Of a stretch of 64,000 nucleotides of DNA, positions 44,461-59,094 are shown piece by piece. This stretch comes from Balanoglossus misakiensis. Its lineage: Eukaryota; Animalia; Hemichordata. The translations under genes and the position numbers were made by a program. Position 1 is the stretch's first letter, and every line of letters begins with the position of its first letter. Location: the NCBI GenBank assembly GCA_040954595.2, contig CM082588.2, forward strand, positions 8,726,844-8,790,843, in the 5' to 3' direction. Under the pieces are notes generated by a model. The model did not search any database. It saw only the letters and a program-made list of their open reading frames with translations, and was not told where the DNA came from.

Positions 44461-47400
44461 AGATAAATGTTAGTCTTCTCCAGCATCAGTAGCCCCAATG
44501 GATGACAGCATAGAATAATATTGCTCATTTTGGATGGCAGCTAGTATATGGCTTTTAGTCCATGAAGACCGGAGATCATCTCTGTCCATGAGTTTTACCA
44601 TTGTGCTGCTACACAAAAATACTGATTGGCATGTTTTGAACTAGACCAAAATACTTGAAGGGACAAAGTCTCTCTCTTGCTGCCCTTTTCCAGTAATTAT
44701 GTTTGATACGAGACACCGTTTATGTTATTGTAACATCCCAGTTTTAGACACGAGAGTGAAAAACTCGCTAAAATGAATTATTGGTGTTGACCGTTGTTGT
44801 CTGGTGCTAAAAAACGTAAATGTGGTCACCCACAACTCACCGAGCCCGGAAAATGTACTGCAGGTATTTTCACAGAAATTCAACGTTGGAATGGAATCAA
44901 ACACTCCTTGGTGTTGGAAAACCACAGTTTTGTTGCAGTTACCTGATGGCGGTAGGTAACGTCTTGTGTGTGTGTGCGTGCGCATACCGGTATATGTACA
45001 TGTATTGTGTACATAGGATGTTCACCTACAATGTACTCAGATTCTGTGATTTGTAATAAAACATGTCCAGTGAAATCACAGCGAGGTACAGAATTTCATC
45101 TTCTTGGAAGTCTTAAAAAAAATCGAATAATGCTCGTGTTTCAAGGTGGATTTCACTCAGTGAGTTTACAATGCTTGCCCACTGAGATGGGATCAAAATT
45201 GCAGCTGAGTTAAATCGCATATACAGCCAGATGTAAACAACGTCTTAATGTATAGAGCAAAAACTTGGTTCACGGTATTCTTCAAGCCATGTGTGATCAT
45301 CATATGAGTTACTTCTTGATGTGGAGTGTATATTTAATGGATTTTGACATGAAAAAAGAGAGACTTTCACTTTGTCCCTTCAATGTTATCATGCAGTCAG
45401 ACTTGCCTGAACCGATTCTATTTTGACTTCACGCAAGGATGTGATTCAATTAAACTTGTTTTACTAATAAATGTATTAGTATTCTGGACCTGAACTTAAC
45501 ACTTCATTAATTTTTCACTGGTCCCAGAAATAGCGACCTGTTTTTTTTCCACTTGTCCCCCTCCCCCCCCCCCCCATAAAAAGATGAGGTTGGCTCATCA
45601 TTCTCACCAGTCAACATCCACATTCCTTCATTTCTATCTTCATTACTTTTGAATAAAAAATATAGCAAACACTGTTGTTACATGGATACATTTACTTAGA
45701 GGATTTCTCAAGTTCTTGTTCTGTAGTGTCACATGTTCTGCAGTAGTACTGCCCGCTTTCAGTGAGTTGACTTTGACATCAGTATCAGCCTGGCACTATA
45801 TTTATCCGCCATGTGAGGAAACAGTGTATAGTATAGGCAGTACATTGTATTGCCCTTCGTGGACCCACGGCCATGTATCAACCAGTAGGGACCTAATCAT
45901 CGACAATGACAAGTCATCCATGATTGTTAGCTCATTTTCTCCAGTCTTGAAATTTACTGTACTTGTCTGGCTGTGAAGGGGCACCAACAAGCATACTACA
46001 TGATTGGATGTTGTCGCATTCTGGGGCTAAACCCCTTGTGAGTGTTTAACAGGAGCACATTTTCGTTTCTGTGTGAAAGTTAAATGTGTCTTAGTTTCTA
46101 CTAGTATTATAAATCAGTACAAGGTAAGTTTCATGTGCTCTTTGTGTTTATAGGAAAGAAGAGGATACATGGATGGATTCAAAAGCTGGTGCATCAGATG
46201 TCCAGAAGTTTCCTCGGACTGATGACTGTCTTTTTACTGACTTTGTCTGATTTCATCGTCATTTCAAGAACAGAACTTCTCCCTGTGGTTGAAATTGAAC
46301 ATTGATCAATCCCTACCTCAGTTGTATGATCCGTATTAGAAATGTAATATTCTGATAGTATTTTTTTGGTAATTTTGTCACAGAGTTGTGTCAGAGAGAG
46401 AGAGGCAGCAGGTTAAAATTCAATTGCAATGTGTACATTTCAGTATTATTGAAATAGAATGTTTTCTAATAAATCCCAGTGTATTGCTTTATATGACAGT
46501 CCTAAATTATCACTACAATTTGTTCAGCATAACCTGAAGGTTGTTGGGTCCTATAGGCACAATAAGCATTGCACGTAACAAGCACTGTGTAAAAGCACTA
46601 CATGTAATCGCACTGGATTCAGCAGCCTTCAGGTGTTTACCATTGAACCTTTACAATATATAATATTATTGCACCCACTTACACAGAAAAGGTAAAATGG
46701 TAAACAAATAAAACGAAATGACAGCATTATTCCTGTTTGGCTACAAAACTTTTGTGAGACAGTTGCGTTCAGAAAGCAACATGACAATGAAAAGTAAAAC
46801 ATGTACTATTGCATATTGTTAGACTTGCTCTCTCTATTAACTTCAATTGTTAATTTTCCGTTACTGTACTTGATATAGGCATGATTTTCTAGTATTGTAC
46901 ATTTTGAAAGTATGATTTGGTAATGTGAAAGAATTAGAGGTTTAGTTGCAATATGATACAAAATTGGCACTCGTAGGAGTTTTTCATAGCCAATTCTTGT
47001 GTCAATTGTTTGTTGGCCAAGATCTCTAAAACCACTGCAAAATAAGTACACTTCTCAAACATGCCAGAGTGGTTGGGGTCGATGAGTGGTCATCCATCGA
47101 ACTTCGAATTTTTAATTAGTCACATGACCTGGCAGCCATATTGGATTTTTGTACATCTTAATAAGATGACTTCAATAAGACTGCAGGGCCAATCAAGTTC
47201 AAATTTGGCAATAACCGTTGACCTACATTTAAATATGTCCTTAACTTTCTGCATATCTAATTGCAGGCTGACCAATAAGGTTAGAGGTTTAGTATATGAC
47301 GCATATAGACCAGAATGGAACTAAAATTTGATGAAAAATTTCAGGACCCTATTGACCTCTGATGACCTCATTTAATATGTACATATCTATTTAATAACAT

Positions 47401-47589
47401 GCACTACCGAGGGACTAAATTTGACCGAATATTTCAGGACCCCCATTGACCTATGTTGACCTCATTATTTTGAGCATACCTAATTTCAGGCTAACCAATG
47501 GTCTCGATTTTGTTGCTAATTGACGATACCAGTCTACTAAGATGAGAATACTTGGGCCCCATCAATCCTGCTTGCAGGTGTATTTTTTT

Positions 47590-48060
47590 GTTTTGTTTGT
47601 TTGTTTGTTTGTTTGTTTGTTTTATCTTTGTGTGTTTGCTTGCTTATCCATCCATCCATCCATCCATTCATTCATTCATTCATTCATTCATTCAATGCAT
47701 TCATTCATTCATTCATTCATTCATTCATTTTTTTGTACATTTACTTTGTGTGTATGTATACATGTACCTTGGTATGTATGTATATATACGTGTGTATGTA
47801 CCGGTATGTATGTACTTTTGTGTATGTATGTACATATGTGTATATATGTAATGTATGTATATAAATATGTATGTGTGTATGTATGTACGTATAAATGTAC
47901 GTGTGTATGTATTTAAGTGTGTGTATGTATGTATATACATGTGTGTATGTATGTATGTATGTATGTATGTATGTATGTATGTATGTATGTATGTATGTAT
48001 GTATGTATGTATGTATGTATGTATGTATGTATGTATGTATGTATGCATGTATGTACCAGT
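47590..48060. repeat. Compound microsatellite (GTTT)(CATC)(CATT)(GTAT)n
   Basis: Directly visible; source of the spurious CMYV/IHTY ORFs. Confidence 0.97.
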
Positions 48061-48374
48061 GTGCATGTATACTGGGAGTTTTGTGGTTGTTTTGATTGTC
48101 TTGGACGTCAGTAGTTGTATTTTTTAATGTGTATTTGAATTTTTGTGCGTTTTTTGTGGAGAGACACAAATTTTTGTGTGTCTGGGAGTTTTGTGGTTGT
48201 TTTGATTGTCCCGGACATCAGTAGCCACGACACAAATTTTTGGGTGTCTGGGAGTCCTGCATGTGGCTGTATACTGGCATTTGTGAAAGCCATGCTTGTA
48301 CATCTATTAATTTTGTATTCATATTTGTGCTTTCATGATTTTTTGGGTGTCTCAGGGTTGGGTTGTATGTGGCC

Positions 48375-48990
48375 TTTACCCTGTCCCCTGGTCTTTTACC
48401 CTGTACCCAAGCTTGTCCAAATGGTCCTGTACCCTGTCTTTTACCCTGTACCCTGGCCTGGTCTGTCTCCTGGTCTGTTACCCTGTACCCTGGCCTGGTC
48501 TGTCTCCTGGTCTTTTACCCTGTACCCTGTCCTGGTCTGTCTCCTGGTCTTTTACCCTGTACCCTGGCCTGTCCAAATGGTCCTGTCTCCTGGTCTTTTA
48601 CCCCGTACCCTGGCCTGGCCTGTCTCCTGGTCTTTTACCCTGTACCCTGTCCTGGTCTGTCTCCTGGTCTTTTACCCTGTATCCTGGCCTGTCCAAATGG
48701 TCCTGTCTCCTGGTCTTTTACCCCGTACCCTGGCCTGGCCTGTCTCCTGGTCTTTTACCCTGTACCCTGGCCTGGTCTGCTCCTGGTCTTTTACCCTGTA
48801 CCCTGTCCTGGTCTGTCTCCTGGTCTTTTACCCTGTACCCTGACCTGTCCAAATGGTCCTGTCTCCTGGTCTCTTACCCTGCACCCTGGCCTGGCCTGTC
48901 CCATGGGTCTTTTACCATGTACCCTGGCCTGGCTTGTCTCCTGATCTTTTACCCTGTACCCTGGCCTGTCCAAATGGTCATGTACCCTAT
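48375..48990. repeat. Minisatellite with ~37-nt and ~46-nt unit variants
   Basis: tggtcttttaccctgtaccctggcctggtctgtctcc repeated; about every third unit carries gtccaaatggtcc. Confidence 0.93.
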
Positions 48991-49404
48991 CTTTATGACA
49001 TCTGTGATTGCCATGGAAATATTTGTGAATTCATATTTGAATTTTCCTGATTCTCTGCATGACCAGGTTGTATTTGGTTGTCTGACGAAGATGGTTCACT
49101 ACAATTGCAGAAGAAGACCCAAGATTGGAGTCCCTCTTCAAGCAAATGATGTCTTTGCGCATGTCTGCTTTCTACACTGTCCTTTCTGATTTTCATGGTT
49201 CTTCACATGATCTGATGGAGCTGGTTCACCACACTTGCAGAAGAAGTCGGAAGATTGCAGTCCCTCTTCAAGCAATTGATGTCTTTGCGCGCGCGTCTGT
49301 CGCTTTCTAGTATGTACTTTCCCATGTTATAAATAAAGAATGTGTATATGTGTGTATGATCATTTTAACATTCATCTCTGAGTTCTTTTTCCTTTTTTAG
49401 GGTT

Positions 49405-51400
49405 CGTCTTCAATGAATTTTTTCCAATGGCTATAACAGATGAGAAGGGTTCAATTGCATTATGTTTTGATAATACCATATGTGCGACATGACTAACTTG
49501 ATTTGATGATGAAAAATAAACTTGCAATAGATCCTTCAAGTCCAGTATAGTTTCCTGGGATCAGTTCATTGGTCACTTTTCACATGTGTGTGTAGTATTC
49601 AACAGTTAGATATACTGGTATATATTTTATTTTTCACGTTTTATGATTTTGCTTTTGCTTGACATTTTTATAACATTATTTACACATTGTTGCATGCATA
49701 TGCATCATGTGAATCTTTATTGTGTTTTGAATTTTGCTGACCATTTTCTTTATAAAAACATAAATAATGTGTTTTTGTAAGCCATATAGGCATAATGTTT
49801 ACTTAATTTGGGGTGGGGGTGGAGCATAATAGCAGTGAATTCGCTCAATAATTGAATAGTATCAAGCTCATGCAACATGGCTTACAGACAACACATTATT
49901 TGAACTTTTTGAACAATAAACTTTACATTATGCTATTTATTTATTTTTCAAAAGTTTTCTATATTTTATACACTAGCACTTTTCAGTTATTTTGTATTTG
50001 AACATTCATCTTTATGTCCTTTTTCCCTCAATGTTACGAGGTCCTTAATGAAACTTTTTCTAACGGCTACATTAGATCAGGTTTCACTTTAGTTTTGCTT
50101 GACATTATCATGAGTTTTTTATTTGAGGAACAGTTTTGATGTGAGATTTCAACATTTATCTCAGTGTTAACATCATTTCTCCCAATTTTGGGATCTTTAA
50201 TGAAGTTTTCCCAGTGGCTATAACAGATGAGAAGGTTTCAATTTGCAATATTTTTGAGAATACAGTATGCATTGCATAACTTACCTAATTTCATGATGAA
50301 AAACAATTGCAATAGATCCTTAAAGTCCAGTATAGTTTCCTGGGATCAGTTCATCAGTCACTTTTCACATGTGTGTGTAGTATTCAACAGTTAGATATAC
50401 CGGTATATATTTCATTTTTCACGTTTTATGATTTTGCTTTTGCTTGACATTTTTATAACATTATTTTACACATTGTTGCATGCATATGCATCATGTGAAT
50501 CTTTATAGTGTTTTGAATTTTTGATGAACATTTTCTTTATAAATACATAAATAATGTGTTTTTGTAAGCCATATAGGCTTAATGTTTACTTAATTTTGGG
50601 GTGGGGTGGAGCATAATAGCAGTAAATTCGCTCAATAATTGAATAGTATCAAGCCCATGCAACATGGCTTACAGACAACACATTATTTGAACTTTTTGAA
50701 CAATAAACTTTACATTATGCTATTTATTTATTTTTCAAAAGTTTTCTACATTTTATACACTAGCACTTTTCAGTTATTTTGCATTTGAACATTCATCTTT
50801 ATGTCCTTTTTCCCTCAATGTTACGAGGTCCTTAATGAAACTTTTTCTAATGGCTACATTAGATCAGGTTTCACTTTAGTTTTGCTTGACATTATCATGA
50901 GTTTTTTATTTGAGGAACTGTTTTGATGTGAGATTTCAACATTTATCTTAGTGTTAACATCATCTTTATGAAGTTTTCCCAGTGGCTATAACAGATGAGA
51001 AGGTTTCAATTTGCAATATTTTTGAGAATACCTTATGCATTGCATAACTTACCTGATTTCGTGATGAAAAACAATTGCAATAGATCCTTAAAGTCCAGTA
51101 TAGTCTCCTGGGATCAGTTCATTAGTTGCTTTTTCCGATGGCGACATCAGTTTTAATTTGCCTTTGCTTGACATTGGCAAGTCTTTATTATTAGTGGAAC
51201 AGTTTTGATGTTTGTGAGTTAGTGAAGATTTCAACTTTCATCTCGGTGAAGTCCACGCCTTTTTTCCCCAATTTGGGGGATCTTCAATGAAGTTTTCCCA
51301 AAAGCTGTAACTGATGAGGTTTCCTTCAAGTATTATATCTCTTCAAGTCCGCAATAGTTTCCAGCGATCAGTACATTAGTCACTTTTCACACAACTTGTG
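49405..51400. repeat. Tandem duplication of about 770-785 bp (two full units plus partial ones), each full unit containing a ~135-bp hairpin
   Basis: aagtccagtatagt..cctgggatcagttcat near 49538, 50323 and 51091; hairpin arms aataatgtgtttttgtaagccat / atggcttacagacaacacattatt at 49764-49900 and 50550-50686. Confidence 0.9.
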
Positions 51401-54400
51401 TCTTCAGTGTTCAACAGTTTTGATATTTATCCTATTTTAAAGCTATACGGTCACCTATGCAAATTTAACTATAGTTACCATGGTAAATTGAGATCTAGTC
51501 AATCACAAACTTTCAGTGGGTGGCATACACATAAAAAAGCGCCACCATATGTTTTTTTCAACTCTCAAATACTCCATTTCTCCCATCTATGGGCGTATGT
51601 AAATTGGAGGTGACTGTATACCTTAAATGTGACATTTATGATTTTGCACTTGCCTTTGTAAAGTGCTGATATATATGAAACATAGTTTGGATTAGATTTA
51701 TTCTTCAATACAATTATTTCCACTACCTGTAACATTTGATTACTTTTTCAGTAATCATAAGTTACAAGTAGTAGCTCTTTAATTATTATACAGACCAGTA
51801 TAACACCAAACCTTCTATGATTTTCTAAGAACACATTATTTATTCAGTGACAAACTATTAATATTTGTCAGTTTTACCTGAAATTTTCAATGCAAAATAT
51901 TCTTTGATATTGTAAAATTGTCAATATTTCCAGATTAGCAGATGCCAGATTAGCATGTTCATTTGAAAGTTAGGTTTTCAGAAGGCATTTAATTTAAAAT
52001 ACAATTGTCTGTAAACTTTATGAATCTGCAGTCACCTACGCTTTCCCAGAGCAATTTTTCCCTATCATGAAATAGGTTTTTTTTCCTGGGTTTTAGTGCG
52101 GGGTGAATTTTCACTTTGTGAAGTTCTGACTCTGTTAATAAAAGGAAAATGAACAATTAGATTAGTTGCAGTCTGTTTTTTTTGCAATATGTTGCAGTCT
52201 CAATGTGTCAAATGCAAGTAGTAGGAAATAACGTCAATCAGTAGTCTTGGTTACCCAGAGCACTCTGCTTCTTCCGTTGGGCACTCCAGAAAGAGGGTCT
52301 GGGGAAATACTATAGAAAATGAATAACAGTCGAATGCATCTTCAGAATTAACCCTTTTCATAAGTCTATCGCCCCCAGGCAGCCGTCCTGAATTGCACTC
52401 AAAGCGAGGCCATTGGGGAAACCCTCTTGATGAGGTAACAACTCACGAAACGGGTGAATCGGCAGACACATACACAAATATGTGTATAGCTTCTATTTCT
52501 TTGAGAGTTGGTCTCCAAGAGCCAGAAGGACACGCCTAGCTACAGCTGGGGAGTCCAGCTGAAACTGCTCTGCTAATCCTACGTCCATTCGAGCTGAACG
52601 GATAGCCTCTTTCAATGCAAGGAACGCAGAGTTTGCCAGTACAACTGCTTGTTCACCAATACCCTTTTGAAAATAATCAAATGTATAATCACTAACATTT
52701 TATGATAATCAGAAACTCTCAATAGGTTATATTGAGATACACCATGATTGAAACCCGAGTGAAATTCTTTTCTCAACAGAATGAAGACATTGCAAGTACA
52801 ATGCCAGCTTCGCCTATACCCTTTTGAAAATAAATAAGGATGTCAATAAGTAAATAAATGATCGAAGCGCCTTTAAAGGGGCAATTTTCAATCCCTGGTG
52901 CTCGCATTAGCTCTATGAGTTAAATTTTCAACAATTCTCAAGATATTTGTGTGTTTTTCTCCGAAAGTAAATACATGTACTAGTATAGCAACGCATTCTC
53001 AGAAATTTGCACATTTTGTGTCTGTCAGAATTCTTATTTGATGCATTCGTTTTATATTGATTTGTTTGTAATGTGTGTTCCTCCGCGGATGTAGCGAGTT
53101 GGTTTGTGATGTATTTTCAGCCTTTGGAAACTGAATAAAAAAGTTTCTACCATTCATACAAAATATAATTGCTTCTTATGGTGTCAGTGGTAGACAAATC
53201 GCATAATTAAATTACATTTCCTTCGGCGCCCAAAATAAAATTGGTCAACCGCTTCACACAAGATTGCCCCTTTATTAATTATGCGAGGCCTATTATAAAC
53301 ATTTTTTAAAAAGTGAAATATGTTTTTCGCAAAATTGTTGTGGAAATGTTTGGCAAATCCACATTAATTTCCGACAAAGCTTGTGATTGGCATTAGGCGT
53401 CTCCAGCACCAGTGGGAGGGAGGGAGGGAGAGAGAGAAAGTTTGTAATTTTTTGGCACTAATGCAATTGCAAGTATATGCATCGAAAAAATTAATTCTCT
53501 GATACTCCGATACATTTGGCAATTTGTGTAGAAACAAAACGGCGACTTTCATGTGACGTTGAGGGCGATGTGGAACTGTGGTGTAATGGTGGACAAAATG
53601 GCGGATCTACTAGAAATGTTGTGCACTTTCATCGTGGATTATATGGAGCGCCTGGCCGGCCCTTATAATGGAAATATTATTCATGAAATTTGGTTCCAAG
53701 TATTGGCCAGCGGTCCGGTGCAAGTTTCATCTAAGGTAGGAGAATGTTTATCCTTCTGTCTGTCGTTCTAATTCGCAGGCAGTGAGTGGAACGTTTAGAC
53801 TTTTTACTGCCCCTGGCATGGCTGCCCATTCCCATAGAATTTCACAACGTTCACAAATGTACACAAATTAGGCCACTTTATTAATTGATAAAATTGTTTG
53901 CTTACCGTCCTGAGATTTTTCATAAACCTTCCAGCTTACAGAGTCCTGCTTATAAATGCTATTTTCAAGGCATTTTATGTCATTTTTATGTTTGGTGTAC
54001 CCGTTATTCGACAAATCTGATTTCTACTGTAGGAATATTCCTATGGCATGGCCGGGTTCGGTATACCAATGTAATGTGCTAGAAAATGGAGAAATTTGTG
54101 TTCTTGGGGCAATTTTTGCTGTTTTTAGCTGATTGGGCACCTAACACACCACAAATTGTAACATAATTTTTTCTTTAGAACACATTTTGTAGAGGTACCT
54201 AAAACAACATGTACCCGGATCCAACTTGTGGAAATATGCCTAAATTTGCATAAATCCAATATGGCAGCCAGCATTCTTATGATACCAGCGTTTGGCCACG
54301 TATCAATAAATAAACATGATGTTTTAATAATTTATAAGTTTAAATCTACTTCTTATGGTTGGGGAACAATATTAAATATCTAATATTTTACATAGCATAA

Positions 54401-54752
54401 ATCCGATAACAGTTTTTTGGCACCTGTCAAGTATTTACATGTACCAAACTACGAGTTAAAAAGCTTGAAATTATTTCTTGGGCATGGAAAGCCCGTTGGG
54501 GATATAATATTGTACATGTGGTTCTTTTGATAACGTGCATAAATTGATTTTGCTTCTGACCTGAAGTAAATTTGATGGGAAAAGTGATTTTGTTTGCAAA
54601 GACAAAATCAACAGGTTGGTGTCATGCAATTTCAATAATCATGTCTGGATCGCATTTGGAATGCCTTGTTTTGACACCATTTTGTTCAAGAAGTCTGGTG
54701 ACCCAGTTGATGAATGATTGAAATGCTTATTCTTCTCATTTGACAAATATGC

Positions 54753-55341
54753 TTCTCACACTCCTGGCCGCTGGGAGTGTGGGATAGAGAGTGTGGGATC
54801 AAATTGATCCCACACTCTGTGTTAATGCGCACACAGACAACTGTTATCTGACATGAGCTCTGATTGGATAAATATATCCATACCCCTCAGAACGAGCAAA
54901 TATTATCCAATTGTGCGATGTGTTGTACACAAACCGGAACTACAATGTGATCAGGTCATGTGCAGACGACAGTGGTGTACGTGGTTGGCGACAGACTAAA
55001 AAAAACGGTTGTATTTTCTAGATATCGCGCGAATTTATGCCACTGGAAACAATCTCCATATTTTAATGTGTTGAGCACGTTTTTATGGCATGCGTGTACT
55101 GTAAACTTGTGATGAAATGGGGACTATGTTTTGCGGGCGGATCAATATATGACTGGTCATGCAGTTATCAGTTGGTATTTTATAGATTTAGTTCTTTTAT
55201 TGTAAATAAACGTTAATATCGCAAATTTCTGGTCGTGTGAGAAAAAGAATCTCACACACCAAGGACCTGGGATCATATTTCTCACACTCAACTCGTGTGA
55301 GAAATACGATCCCAGGTCCTTGGGAGTGTGAGATTCTATTA
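54753..55341. mobile_element. Copy-2-specific insertion with terminal hairpins and no TSD (Crypton-like non-autonomous element, tentative)
   Basis: Interrupts aaatatgc|atctttcttc, which is contiguous in copy 1 (about 37970-37985). 3' palindrome gaatctcacac..aaggacctgggatc ... gatcccaggtcctt..gtgtgagattc; 5' hairpins agagtgtgggatc/gatcccacactct. Confidence 0.7.
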
Positions 55342-58300
55342 ATCTTTCTTCTCTGTTATTTTATGACCATTTCATGTGTCCTGTGAAGTGCACCTTCTGT
55401 CATCTGTAATTTTGTCATCCTGAAATGCATACTATTTCTAGTTGGTCGATTATCAGAACCATCAGACACCATAGCAGCTTTTCCATAGTTCTGTATACCC
55501 CCATACAGAAGTTCTCATTTGATAAATATGCATCTTTCTTTTCATTTATGACCAATTGTCCAGTGAAGTGAACTTCTGTCATCTGTAATTTTGTTCTCCT
55601 GAAATGTGTACAATTTCGAGTTGATGGTGCATTCTCAAAACCATCAAGCACCACCACAGCTTTTCCATGGTTCAGTATTACCCACATACCACTGGAAGAC
55701 ACTTTCATACATGTACGTTTTCCTTTCTCCCTTGTGGAATTTGATGAAGTAGTGAACCGCCATCGATGACAGTCATCTTCGATTTGGCCAGCAGCACGTT
55801 GTGGCAGGAGTTCCCACATGGCATTAGCTAATGCTATCTCATGTTGATGGTGCATTCTCAGAACCATCAAACACCACAAATGGTTTTCCACAGTGCCCCC
55901 TCACATACTCAGCAGACCTCTGAAAGATACCCTTTTCCTTTCCCCCATGGACAAGTGATCTGTAATTTTGTTCTCCTGAAGTATTTGTAGATAAAGATAT
56001 TTTCTGTGCAAGTTCCTCTTACCCATGATTTCCATACTGAAAGTTTTGATTTTGTGCTCAATATTGTTTTCAACTTTCTTGCAGGAGGATCTTTCCATGT
56101 GATCTGACAATTCTTGGGGGAAGTTGAAGATTACAGAACTGGATGTACATTGCTACAGCTGAGCGTAGTAGCTGAGGGAAGTATATTTTTTATTTATACA
56201 TGCATTGTATTCTTATGAATGACAGCTGGCTGCAAAACATGGTAAGCATCTGCTATATTCAGTTTGAGTGTACTTCAATGATGTTCAAATGCAAATTTAT
56301 AGTAAGAAGGACGAGTGTAGTTTTTTGATTACACCATTACTTAGGCACGTTGAAATTGGAGCAGTTATTTCTTAAAATCAACAACAATTGAAACTCAGAA
56401 ATTTAATGTACATGTAAGAGCACTCAATCTTGGAATGAAATATGTAGATAGAACATTGAATTTCTTTCACTGTTTTTTTTCATTAAAAAGTTCAGAGTGT
56501 AGTTTGTAGACTGTAGTAGACAGTGATAATAGTATCAAATTTATATTACTGCTGAAAATTATAATTGTGAGTCTTTATAGGATAAGGTATGATAAAGTTT
56601 CAAAATACATATTAAACAATAATACCCCGGTTATGATTCAATACATATATGACACCTGGATAATAAAGATTAGGTAATAATAATGTGCACAATGATGATG
56701 ATGATGGTAGTGGTGATTATGATGGTGATAACAAAAAATAATTTTGATTATAATTTACCAAACATAATATCTAATAATGGTTATAATAATGATCAAGATA
56801 ATGATGATGATAATGATAATGATGACTTCATTATAAAATATAACAATAATTATGGTGATGTTGATGATAATAATGGTATAATAAAAAATAATAAAAAGTA
56901 ATGATTCAATAATGATGACAATAAAAGTGATGATGATGATGATGATGATGATGGTGGTTGTGGTGATGATGATATTATAACAAAAAATAATAATAATGAC
57001 AAAGATTTTGATGATATTACACAAATAAAATGTAAAATGTAATAATGATTACGATAATGTTTACAATAATGATGGTGATAATGATGATGATAATGATTGA
57101 TGATGATGATGATGATGGTAATGGCGACGATGATTACTTTATGGCTGTGTAAGAAAGACACCCATAGCAGTAGTTTCTGCAAAGTGTATGTCAGCCTGGT
57201 CTTGTCGGATTTAGGTGGATCTTCAGGATGCTTTGAGATGAAAACGGTTGAGATGATTATTGTTTGAACGGTTTAGGTGGTGATTATTTGATTCTTAGTG
57301 ATCTTAATTTAATCAGAACATTGGGTTTAATGTTGTATCTGCTAGCCTTAGCATTGTGGTTGTTGTGGTACAAAGTAACAGAATAATAATGTTAGTGAAA
57401 GTTTATTTAACCATAAATATAACACAGAGATGTATTTTCATCTAAACAGTCAGTCAGTCACATTCATCTTAAATATTCATCAGAATTTGTAGCCTAAACA
57501 CTATACATAGTTGGCATTGTATACTTTGTGATTCTGTGTACAGAGTTTTGTGAGACAGATGATTCTGTGTACAAATTAGAGAAAGATGATCCTAGTACAT
57601 TGAGCTGTTGGTGAAAACATTTATGACTGGTGTCGATAAAAGTCATTGATATGACTGTTTTGGGTGAATTAAATAAACTTTTCTTTATTCTTCAGGAATA
57701 TGATGGTGACACTGCAGTTGGATAGACTGTGGTATTTAATGTGTTTTTGTGTAATATTGCATGTGGTGTCCCCATTCTGACCTGGCCAGTCAGATTTGGG
57801 GATGTCATTACATACCTTGCACTCGCAAACATGACATACCTTGCACTCGCAAACATGACATACCGGTACTGTACAAGTAACCACTCACTCAGAGTGGTGA
57901 TAAGTCATAGTTTCTGATTTATCAAACTGGTTTAATTGTCATCATGATTTATTTGTATTGAATGCATGATTTCATTCCAGATTATTAAATAACCATTACT
58001 TTATATAGGATTTGTATTCAGATGTGTACCTGTATTTAATTGTGCTAAATAGTAATAAAATCCAGTCAGTTTCACCAACAGCTCATTGTCTTTCCCCCTT
58101 ATCACCAATGCAGCGAGCATTCATTTGTATTGGGAAGAAATTTACATAGCAACATTTTCTGTTTGGGAAAATAATCAAATAAATGTACATTCAGAGTGTA
58201 TGATGTCAGCTGTGCATAGTAATAATTATCATTTGAATGTTTATTATTACAATATTCTTAGACCTACCTCAAAATATTGATGATAATTAACATACAAAGG

Positions 58301-59094
58301 GAAAATACAGTTAGATTAATAATCAGGAGACAGTAGACTTTTATATTATCATTGGTTTAAAGTTTCTGATTGTCATGGGTCCTTTAATATTGTGTTTTTA
58401 TTCCTTAATGTTTGTTGGTGATGGTGATGGTGATGGCAATTTTTATGTTAATTGTTAATACTAGTTGTTATGGTGATGACATTCATGGTTGTACTGATGT
58501 TGATGGCGGTCGTTGTGGTAGTGATGATGATGAAAATGAATGAACAAAAATAAGATGACAATGATGATGATGATGATGATGCTGCTGCTGCTGATGATGA
58601 TGATAATAATGATGAAATGATAATGATGATGAAGATGATGATGATGACGATGATAGTGATGATGATAAATAAATAATAATATTATGATGATAATAATGAT
58701 AAATAAACAATAAGATAATGATGATGAATAACAAAATTAAGATGGTGATGATGATGAGGATGACTATGATGGCAATGATGATGATGATGATGATTAAAAG
58801 ATAAGACATGTTTAATTTGTATTGATGATTGTCAAGTACGCTTTAATAGCTAAAATTAAGTAATAATGTATGGTGATATTAGGGGGTTCTGCTGAAAAGC
58901 CTATTAATAATATGTACAGTTTCATGTAGGAGTGTGCAGTTTTATTTTAACCCACAACTCTGCAAAAAATGTATTGATTGTAATGATTTTCCAGTAGGGA
59001 GCTAAAATTAGTAAAAGGTGTCATATATCGATTACATAACATTTAGAAAGAGGATAACTTCTTTAATAAAATATTGTTGATAATATGGTTGATA

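Larger units (their letters stand above)
36149..44735 (+). repeat. Large tandem duplication, copy 1 (portion alignable within the window)
   Basis: Collinear with 52917-64000; anchors 36593/53364, 40989/58086, 42263/60671 and 44659/63885. Offsets change because of copy-specific insertions. Confidence 0.95.

Noticed and set aside
45716-45990. Possible coding fragment on the minus strand
   Set aside because: Protein-like composition but no recognisable domain or convincing splice sites; needs BLASTX.
47542-49189. Long ORFs of 100-284 aa
   Set aside because: Products of microsatellite and minisatellite sequence that is open in several frames.
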